A stretch of DNA of 64,000 bases from Phoronis australis (taxonomy: Eukaryota; Animalia; Phoronida): the NCBI GenBank assembly GCA_002633005.1, contig NMRA01000230.1, forward strand, positions 59,089 through 123,088, read 5' to 3'. Within the stretch, counting starts at the first letter, position 1. Every line of letters begins with the position of its first letter. Below, one piece after another: positions 53,762 to 64,000 of this stretch. The translations under genes were made by a program, and so were the position numbers. The notes below the pieces were generated by a model. It made no database searches, had not been told where the DNA came from, and saw only the letters and a program-made list of their open reading frames with translations.

Positions 53762-55322
53762 TCTGAGTCCGCATTTACAACAGTTGTTAAGTAACATTTA
53801 CATTAATTGAAAAACGTGATAGGCTTAATGCCTAAACCAGAAATCGCGAGCCACCATGTTTACAAAAGCGCCGTCTACCGAACAAAATGATAGAAGTGAA
53901 CTACTTTCGCACAGGCTAATGTACTCCATATGAGTAAGATAATACACGCAGTGTTGGCTTACGTAGTAAATGCCTGGAAGCCTATTGTTTGTCGTCATGA
54001 TCAGATCCAAGATGGGGGGCCATGGAGGCCATTTTGTTTTCAATTTCAGATTCAAACGCTCGTAGAGGTCGTAATTTTTAGGTACACTGATGAAAATCAT
54101 GTACCGTACATGTTCTGCATTTGTGCTGAGAATCGTTCACTTCCGGTTAAAGATGGTGGAAATATAGGCAAATGCCCATGCGCACCTCGATTTCGGTCAA
54201 AAACGTTTCTCCTGTAGAGGGCGCATTAGATGATAAATTGCTTCTAAAATTTCCAGGTATTAGTTTTCTATGTCATGCAAATATCTATTGCTGAAAAACC
54301 GGAAGTTGCTTTCAAAATGGCGGATCTGGCGCATTTTGACCCATTTTCAGTTGTGCTGGGGTGTTATTTTGAACGGGAAGAGAAAATGAGGTGAATTTTT
54401 GCAGATGGTTTCTCTAAGGCATACCCTTTCAAATGGCTTGTAACAATGCTTTTGTCAGACTTACCGTTTTCGAGTTATTTGACTTTGAATTTCAAGAAAT
54501 CCCGCATAATTTTTCGAAAAGTTTAAAGAATTTTCAGTGCAAAACTACCATGTTAGATAAAGTTTTGAATAGGCTTTCAGAATATATTTTCCACTTTTCG
54601 CTAGGACGTCTACTTTTTGAATTATTCTAGATTTTATGATAGCGCTGTTCCTTTGTTTAGCGCTCTTGCAGCATTGATGTTGGATTCGCTTCTATTGAAC
54701 AAGACTATAGCCCATTTCTTACTGTTTGTGACATCTTCGCCAGTCATATGAATGTTATCATGTTGTTCTTAATCGCACCGTTCATCATTATAATCGTCAT
54801 CGTCGTCGTCGTCATATATATCGTTATCTTTTCAGTTAATTTCGCCAAGTGTCGCTGCTCCGAGCGCTTTCATTTACTTAGGCACATGCGACCATCTCAA
54901 CGCACTCATCATATCAACTAATCTCCAACACAATATAATTGTTGTTTTCTATTCTTTACTTAAGCCACACTTGTTATGTTATCATTGTATAATTGTAATA
55001 ACGTTGAGTTGTAGCGTGTGCCCAACTCTGAAAACGGCGCAGTACCATGTGTTTATTATGCGTTATAACGAACGTTATGCCAATAATAAATCGCTGAAAC
55101 CAATGCTATAGCTTTTTGTGCTTTTCACCTGAGTGGACTTTCAGGTGAAATATTACCTGACAAGAATAATGTTACGTGGCATTGTTGCCTTAAAAAACGT
55201 ATTTAAATTTTCCCGCCTTTAACTAGGTCACGCCGAGATGTTTGTGTGTCTGACTGGCACTTTAACTGACGGTTAACGTGTATGTGATCGATACGCATTT
55301 ACCTGAATACGTGGTCGTAAGC

Positions 55323-58300
55323 ATGCCTGTGAAAATTTATAGGCTACTTTTCCTTCTAACTGCATTTCAACAATCTACAGGTAGGTGGACAACCACGGTT
55401 TCAGTGTAGACTCGCTTACATGTACCTCCGCTTGCATTTGTGTTCGTTATCAGCCAGCAAGTCAGTGCATCAGTGACGTATCCTGTTACGTTCTGTCTCC
55501 ATTTAACAGACTCCGGATTTTATTATAAAATGTTCAGTTTATTCAAGTTATGTTTTAATAGTTAAAAAATACCCATTTTATGTAACCGGGCTCAGTATGT
55601 GCGTACGGCTGAAAGCCAACTGAAGCCGGAATGTTGTAAAAGTGTTAAAATTGGAAACTTTCACTTTCATTTTCAAGCATTTAAAGACACAACACTATGA
55701 AAACAATCAGTGGGCACCAGGCCCTTGATGTGACATGTTATGTCTTTTATTTGAGGCTTTCAGCAGAAATTCGTGGATGCAAGAATCTTGCGAAGGGTGA
55801 TCATGTGGTTCGCTTGATACAAGGCGATATCCCACGAAGTTCGGAAAGATCTAACATGCTTTTTTGCGAGGTTCTCGCGTCTACGGGGACAAACACGTAG
55901 TTTAGCATGGACGTTTGGAGACAGAATTATAAAATCAGCGATTCTACAGCGGACTGTTCTTGAGTACTGTAGCCGCGGGGCACTTATGACCCGCTAGGTG
56001 GCATGGGCGTATCGCTCGGATGGATACCAGATTCCCAACAAAAGAGTGCTTTCCGAATTCAAATCTAAATGCCCATCGAAAAATTCCTTTTTCGCTTGGT
56101 TCCATTTTTGCCACAGAACTTTATTCTTCCATATCGTATTGGATATAATTTGAGTTCATAACCGCCGAACTATCGTCTTCTCAATAATCAAGCCTGCCCA
56201 TGCGAAAATATTGAATAGAATCCTATACATGTAGAAACTATAGGAATATCGATTTCCAATAGGATTCCTGTAGGATCAAGATTTTCTGTAGGCATTCCCA
56301 TAAAAAATTCCTCAGAAATATGATTCCTAAATATTTTAACAAACAAATAGCCTAAGAGAATATAGAAAAATATCAGTTTGTTTTAATCTACTTTCAGGTC
56401 TTCTGAGTCATTAATTTTGTAAATTTTAATATTCAGGCGACTCTCAAATTCTCAATAATGTTAATTGCTTCGTGATTTTGGTATTTCCTCTATTAAATCA
56501 AGTTTCCAAAACTAGTGAAATGCTTACTTGAGGGTATAATTTAATATGTTATACGTTTTTTTGGTGAAGCAAGCCATGATGCTTAGAAAATACAAAATAG
56601 AAAATCGATGGAATAAACAAATAAAACAAGCATTGCTCTTTGTTATAGGACAGAACGCTGAAGTGAAACTAATAGGAGGCGCTACTGAATACGAGGGAAC
56701 AGTCCAAGTCAGACGCAGAGCTAACGCGTCTTCTTCGTGGACAGAGTGGGGCACAGTCTGCGATGACCAATGGGACAGCAAGGACGCTGACGTAGTGTGT
56801 CGTATGTTGGGTTACATGTGAGTCGTGCCGGTCTAAAAGTGGATGGGAATAGCTTAGATGTAAAATTGTTCCCTCGGTATACCGGAACAGGATCTGGTTG
56901 GTTGAGTAGCTACAACGCTGAGTTTTTTCTTTGCGACCACGCAGGAAATAAAGCCTTATCATGGTCAAGATGTTGTTTGAAGTACCACCTGTTGGAATAA
57001 TTTCGTCTTTTGGCCTAACACTTTGTCAGGGGACTTCATTCGGTTTTAGTACAATTTAAAACTAATATTAACTGAGAATGTCTGCCTGGACACACGGCTG
57101 TGTGAAATCATTCTATTTGAGAAAACACTTTTTCAGCCCACCTTCCGAAGCTTTTAACCAGAGTCGTTTTGGGAAAGGAACTGGCGCTTTTCACATGGAT
57201 AACGTGCGCTGCAATGGCCAAGAGGACGACCTATTGCAGTGCCAAATGTTGGGAGGTTGGGGAATAAACAACTGCAACGCAAATCACTCAGAAGACGCTG
57301 GTGTCAGATGCAGTGGCAATAGACTGACCCCTGGTGGCAACATTCCACATTATGGGAATTGTGAGTATGATTCTCGTGACATGGACAACGTTACTGTTTG
57401 TTACAGCTACGGAGACTCCTTGAAAAATACGGCAATGTGTTTTGGTAGATGTTTCTAAAAAATATTGGTCTCCAGGTTAAAAACGAGGTCCATGTGACTC
57501 TGAATCAATAGATAGGTGCGATATTTGACACTGAAAAGCTCACAATGTCACTCGCAAAACGACCTTTACACTTACAGGCTCTACAAACAGTACGATACGC
57601 TTGGTGGGTGGACAATATGGCGGCTCTGGTCGAGTCGAGGTCTTTCATAACGGCGTTTGGGGCACAGTTTGTGACGACAATTGGGGATTCAATAATGCCA
57701 AAGTCATTTGCCGGAGTTTGTGTTACAGGTATGTACGTGTACATGACGGCGACATCCCGTTGCTCCCAACTTGTTCGATTCTATAGCCCAACAACAAGTT
57801 GGGAAATTTACCCCCGTAGCCGTTATCTTGCACGACTGATTAACTCCATTCTGGCATTTATGGTTGGAGGGCCTGCGCTCTTTTGTTCGATAATTGCTCT
57901 AATCTCCGATCAGATCGTATCCAGCCTGACTGGGCTGGGCTGATAAAAATGAAAGTTAAGTTATAACATATTTGAGCTTAAACCAATAGCATTTCTGAAT
58001 TCCTCGTCAAATGCTGATCATGTTCCGTTTTTGAATCACCAAAATCGCCCAACTACAACAGAAGTGAAGACAATCTATTCTGTCCAAACAGCTAGATTAC
58101 CAAAGCACTGGGTTTGACTGTGTTCATGCGTGTTCGGTAATAGCGTGCAACCACCATACGTTTCCTTTGAAGCCTGGGAGATAATTGACCTATCGCCAGG
58201 ATTTTGAGTGACGGCTGAACTGACCATTTAGAACGCAGCATTATTGGCACACCTTCGTTTCCAAGCCGCCATTTTACCCGACAAACAACATGTTGCTGGG

Positions 58301-61300
58301 TAAAACTTATTGTTCGTTTTTCGACATTACGCACAGGGGCGGAGCTTGCGATAGGTCAATTGGCCTGCTTGTTATCATACGGGACAAAAGACTGAGCTGG
58401 GCAGTTAACAAAAGAGGTAGATGTTATCGCACGTTCAGCACCCCTCACGTCTGAAAAAGTTACTGAACGACAGAACACTGTAATAATACATGTACATGTT
58501 CTGCATAAGATGAATATGCTTCTGAGCATAACATTAAATTTTACGAGAGATTTCATTTGTGAACTGTCACGCAGCTTTTCGGACTCTTTCGATCACAGCC
58601 GCATCCCCTATATATTGATATAAGTGACAAATTTTGAGGCCCAATTTTCATTTCTTCCAAATAACATTTTAACACGAATAAGTCAATTAAAAGAATAAGC
58701 TGTTAGTTGATCTTTAAACATATTTTCTTGACTATATTATATTAAAAATCTCATGATCGTTCAGAGTTTTCAAGGATACAATTTCTGCTCAATGGCTCAT
58801 TTCAAAAGCGAGCTGATCTCTCTCACTGAGATATGCAGAGTCGATAACCAACATTACCTTGATAGGTGAAATTATTTTATAAATTGTATACACGTACAAC
58901 TTGGTCTACTTAAATAAATTGTGCTGCTAACATCAACGCAATTACGTGATGAAATAAAAACACGCATTAATAAGAATATTATTCATTTTGGTTAAGACAA
59001 AAAATAATTGCCCACGCTCTCGAAAGTATTACGAAGTTTCAAAACTGTAAGTAAGTCGGTCAAACGGGTAAAAGAAGTTACATTCTCAATGTAACGAATC
59101 GCATTATATTCCAGTGACAAGTTTGCCAAGGCGCTAACAGATAGCGGTTTATCGGGAAATGGAACCATCTGGTTAGACAATGTACGATGTTCTGGTGCCG
59201 AAACCCGGATTGAAGACTGCAGTCACGACAATTGGGGACAAAACGATTGTAATCACAAAGAAGATGTCGCTGTTAGCTGCTTAGACCTCCCAGAACCTAA
59301 GGCGTCAGGTAACTAACAACATACATGTAGATTTGCCTGAGTTGTCATCATGGTATGAAACAAACACATTTTTGACTCATAGGAGTGTAGTTGTGGACAC
59401 ATACATGTAAGTGATGCGTGTCGACTACTCATACCTGATTATTGCAGCCAATGTGCCGGGTAAGGTTACCATAGAGACGTTACCATGAAAATGTCACATG
59501 ACAATGTCAAGTCACCTTGGAACAGTCTGAACACACATCCTTCTTATACTGAGGCTAGCAGCAATGTTTGTCCCCGTACATGTACAAGACAGTCGATGTT
59601 ACACAAGACTTAAATGTATAGAACGCTGGCTGCTTTAATGCTTTATTGCTTTGGCAGAGGTTAGCATGTTTACTTTTTTCTTCAGATCCACAGCCATCTG
59701 TGTCTTGCTCCCGGGGTTATTCGACAGTTTCGTTCTCTCGAGCTCTTCACCCTGAGTTAAACACGTCTCATCTGACTCTGACGTCCGCCGACAATCAATG
59801 TGGGTACACGGTCAGTCTAACAGGAAATGATGTCACCGTGAAAATACCGCTGAATGGATGCAACACTCAGAAATCAGTAAGCGTTTTGTTTCGCATCCAA
59901 CATATTGCTGTGAGCTACACCTGGGCCAAGTTGCATATAAGTTATAGGCCCTATAGCAACAATGACGTAGCTTATTCACTCGCCACATTTTTATTGTTGA
60001 ACAATCCATCTGACGTCATGCAATAATCAAACTTATCCAGAGCGGGATAATATTTAAGTTTTATGCAACCCAGCCGTGACTGATGTACAATTGTGTCTAA
60101 AAAATTCCATCATTCATGTAGAACAGCTGTTAAACCCAGTTTTCCATACAATTTCATTCATCTTTGAATATTTTATACAAAATGCCTTGTTGACGGTCTT
60201 CTAGAGTACATACATCGTGATATTTTCATTCCGTTACGGCGGCTAAGCCCCGGGGGGCTACAGTACATCCAGTAGAAAGCACAAAAAGCGAGTGTGATCA
60301 CGTGGTTTGCTTGTAATGCATGGCGATATCTCGTGAAGACTTGCATGATCGAGTCTATGGAACGCAGTCTCGCCGTCCATTCGCCCTTAGTTTTCCGGGC
60401 TTGTTAGATGCAGTTCTTTCCACAGAATGCTGATGCAGCTTACTTTGAGCTGCTGCCTTGGAAAACTTGTATATTAAAAATAATCCTCAATTAAGGAGCT
60501 GTTGTCATCATCTTAAGTGCAAAGTAGTCTACAGTCAGACTCCATCGAAGACTGAATGGTTGAGCAAAATTTCATCATGTGAAAGTAAGGACAAGTAAAT
60601 TCCAAGCTATGATTTTTCTTTCAGCAAAATGACACACATCTGTTCTACTGTAATGACGTCAAGTATAAAGTGGCATCCGGAAACAGCATTATCACTCGTA
60701 CTCATGAATACGACATCCCAGTGTGTTGTGTTCTACCACGTGACAGTGACGTCATCAAACCATTTGATCCCAAAGTTATAACTTTGCCGCCACAATCTGC
60801 AAACGACAAGTTCACCATGGAATTATCCATGTACTCTGACGAGAGTTTCACGCAGCCAATCACGCAGATGCCTTTCACACTGAAACTCGGTGATTGGTTG
60901 AATGTCGGGGTGCTTTTGCATTCGGAAATAAATGATGTCAAACTTGTGGTTCCCAATTGCTACGCATCAATGGAGGCCGATCCTACGGCAAACCCGAAAT
61001 ACCGGCTTGTAACAAACAAGTAGGTTGCAAGATATCCATGTAGGCCTTCTCTAAGTTGTGAGAACAATCACTGGGCTCTTAACTTTGCGAAAGAAGAGTG
61101 ATGAGTTGGTCTCCGGGCGTACTTCTCGGAGGTATGCCGGTCGTGCTGGTCAGATGGGTGATTTTTTTCTCGACCGGTGAAAGGGGTGTCAAATTCTAGA
61201 AGATTTCCCATAACTGGGTCTCTTTATTCCAATCAAATTACAGAAAAGTCTTTGAGAGTTCGCAGTTCTACAATAGGTCACTTACAACTAAAGGTTGACA

Positions 61301-62335
61301 GAAGGGATTTAATACTATCCAAATTTGTATCTTTTACAAAACATTTAATATTCATTTTTGAAAATATGGCATCTCTTAGTGTGCTGTTTTAGGTTTAATG
61401 AGTTACAAAAGCAAGTGTCTAAAAGTCCCTACTGAATGATTAAGTTTTTAAAATCAGTTTCTACAAATAAGTTAGTATTTCTGAAGCAAACTCTGTGAAG
61501 GTAATGTTAATCTAGTCTGCTTTTCACTTGCACTCCCGTCAGTATAAAGTCGATTCTCCCCCGGGGTGGGTCCGACAATTACTTTCATGCCATGCAGTAT
61601 GCAGTTGTCTGGAGAAATCGCTGACGAACGTGCCATCACCAAGGACCTACCCATGATGCCTATTGACCGACCCTTGTAGAATAAGAAATGACTGCTCCTG
61701 GCAACTACCAACAACCTTTAAGTGAGACTTGACAGTCGAAAATTGACCAATCACGTTGCTACATGTAGTAATTAGAATGTTTATTTAAAGTGTACCACGC
61801 CATTGCATAATTTTTTTAGTACCCCTGAGCTATATGTTGCGGTTTTGAGGTCTGACATAGTAACTTATCAACAGTAATGCAAGTATCATGTATCTATGTT
61901 CAAGTGAAAAAGGTGCCCGTTTGTTATTGACCTTTGTTCATGTCTTTTCGCAGATGCCGGCAAGATTCTACACTTTCGTTTATCCCGATGAACGACACGA
62001 TGTTTGCATTCCGTTTCCAGTCGTTTGCTTTCGTTGACAATATCACCCAAGTGTTCATACACTGCAACGGATTCGTCTGCGATATCAAAGAGACGAGTGC
62101 CTCATGCGATCGCTCGTGTCAATCCAGAAAGGGGCGTCGAAGGAGGGAAAATGATCCCCAACAAACATTGCGTCACGTAGAGAATGGACCAATAATATTT
62201 GAAAGAGACGTCAAGAACAGTTTGGGCGGAGCTAGTGCGTCTCTTGGTGCTTATGTCAAAATTGAGATTTCCTTCATTCCATTCATTATGTGTGTTTATT
62301 TTCAATTACTTAGATTCTTTGTGAAACTTCATTAA
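55323..62335 (+). CDS. SRCR-SRCR-ZP domain protein (DMBT1/uromodulin-like), copy 2, 587 aa
   Basis: Exons 55323-55380, 56649-56817, 57137-57360, 57578-57728, 59115-59308, 59686-59876, 60625-61019, 61954-62335. Every exon has the same length as in copy 1 and there are no premature stops. About 44 aa differences by hand count. Confidence 0.9.
57746..58492. mobile_element. About 750-bp insertion in intron 4 of copy 2
   Basis: Absent from copy 1 intron 4 (about 43300). Flanked by tacatg at 57740-57745 and 58487-58492 (possible TSD). Confidence 0.55.
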
Positions 62336-62571
62336 ACATCGCATTTTCTCTCGAGATCTTGTGTTGAGCTATTCATCTATGTGCTTTTGTAAATAGTTCG
62401 TAATCATTGTACAAATTTCTTGCCCTTATGTCTGCTCAGAGTCTCTGTGTCATCAATATGTCATGTTCAATAAAACCAAAAGTATTTGACTTTTCCTTTT
62501 TGTCTGACATGGAAACCTCATGTTTTCGTTACTTGTCTTTTGACTTAAGCATTTTTCAATACATACTTCAG

Positions 62572-64000
62572 CAGGCCCATAGCCAGGGGGGTTCGGAGGG
62601 TTCAATCGAACCCCCCCCCCGCGGAAAAGGTCCAGCCCCAGCCTCTCCGTTATAGATAGTATATATATATATATATATGGACAACAACAACGAAATTGTT
62701 GCAGCTACTCGTACTACTACATGTAACTACAATGAGAACCAGGTTAGTAATAATTTTGAATTTTGATTCAAAGTGCTTCACGTAATCATCGGGCAGTACC
62801 CTTTCAACTTCACCCAAGTGATGTTTGGCAATACGTAGATGACAGTATCTTGGTTGATAATTCAATTTTCCCACTTCAATCTCTTTTAGAAATGCAAGTT
62901 CCTACTCTTGTTTTCGTATTCTTAAGACATGACGGCAATTTCGCATGCGCATGAAATCCAAATTAAATGCTTTATTACCCGGGCGTTGTTTTCGGTAAAG
63001 CTGCAACACAGCGTATCTAATAACGCTCGACGTAATCACGACCAAGATTTCGCTCGTGTTTCACGACCGAAATTGTTCGCCTGTAATTATGCTCGTGACT
63101 CCGACCAAAATTTCGCGGCTGGTGTTTTACGACCGGAATCGCTACATCCAATAAGAAATTGGTTTATAGGTCACGTGATCTCTAAAGAAGTTTTACGATC
63201 GTATTTTTCGCTCGTAATTTTAGCAAGTATAGTCATTATATTTAAGTACGAGTCCACCACACCACCACCCATTAAATCAATACGCAGTTGATATTGTTTT
63301 TGTTATGCAAATGGTTCGTTTGCGAATGTCTTGAATACAGAGCATGAGTGATTTACCACCAATATTTGGAAATTCTACTACACAACCCCATAAAAGCCGT
63401 TTTGAACCAGTGTTTTTGCAATGTCATATGTCTTCTGCACGCATTGTTCAGAGTAATAGAATGAAACTTTGCCTAAATAAATGAAAAAGCATGATTATCT
63501 TAAAAAAATAATTCAAAAGAATTGTCAGACACCTGCTAGTTATACATTTTGGCACTTCAATATGTACTAAAACGGATCACTTTCAAGTGCCTGGGATGGA
63601 TAGGACAGCAAGCAAAAATATTTCTGTCAATCTTTGATATTGTCAACCTTTTGCACTTATACTTTGCACCTGAGATTTTACCTTCTGAATACTTCATAAT
63701 ATGTGAAAACTACGAGCGAAAAATGTGTGTGTAAAATTACGAGCGCAACTGCGTCAGAGCCCACGTAACCAATGAACCATGAGCGGAGTCTCGGTCGTAA
63801 TTACGCGTGACTCTTTCACCGGTACTGCCCGCGATATATTCTGGGCCAAATTACATGCGAATTTGAGCTGCGTTCTTTGCGACCAACCGTTACGGCATCC
63901 TGATTTCTTGTTTTACAAATTTCGTCTTATCTTAGGGTTTTAGAGCTGACGTTTGCAAAATATCAAAGCTCCACCGTTCTGGAAATTCGAACCCCCCCCC
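62572..64000. mobile_element. MITE-type element (caggcccatagccaggggggg...ttcgaaccccccc) interrupted by a nested CG-rich imperfect fold-back sequence
   Basis: ggttcggagggttcaatcgaacccc at 62590 and ggaaattcgaacccc at the window end. Repeated ttacgacc/ctcgtaatt motifs in inverted orientation at about 63030-63220 and 63700-63810. Confidence 0.4.

Larger units (their letters stand above)
48911..54875 (+). mobile_element. Helentron-associated (HINE/DINE-1-like) insertion, about 6 kb, with nested sequence
   Basis: Absent from the paralogous site at about 39620. 5' subTIR acttggcgaaat is followed at once by its inverted copy atttcgtcaagt. 3' subTIR atttcgccaagt (54839-54850) is followed by a small stem-loop cgct-gctccg-agcg and a T-rich end. 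Short ttgtttgtt simple repeat near the 5' end. Confidence 0.65.

Noticed and set aside
40072-62335. The two SRCR-ZP genes as allelic haplotigs
   Set aside because: About 8% aa divergence, strongly diverged introns and multi-kb copy-specific insertions fit paralogy better. Read depth would confirm.

Overview
Eukaryotic (animal, most likely marine invertebrate) genomic DNA with GT-AG introns; the taxon is inferred only from gene families and repeats. Four multi-exon genes for cell-surface or secreted proteins can be spliced by hand with consistent phases. (1) Plus strand, 2425-6888: signal peptide, about 48 in-register Ser/Thr/Ala octapeptide repeats, a Ly6/uPAR-like three-finger domain and a GPI-type tail (about 574 aa). 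(2) Minus strand, 37639-12240: a receptor-type protein tyrosine phosphatase of about 2540 aa (EGF-like x2, FN3, Thr-rich stalk, six alternating FN3 A/B pairs, two more FN3, furin site, TM, PTP D1, PTP D2). Both PTP domains lack essential catalytic residues, and nearly the whole cytoplasmic part is one 2565-bp exon. (3,4) Plus strand, 40072-46908 and 55323-62335: tandem paralogs encoding SRCR-SRCR-ZP (DMBT1/uromodulin-like) proteins, head-to-head with the RPTP. The region upstream of the second copy carries a 6-kb Helentron/DINE-like insertion with a decayed ORF inside. Many short MITE-like elements, a microsatellite and one probable assembly-overlap artefact are also present. No rRNA, intact tRNA or CRISPR array was seen. 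All calls come from reading the sequence; no database searches were run.
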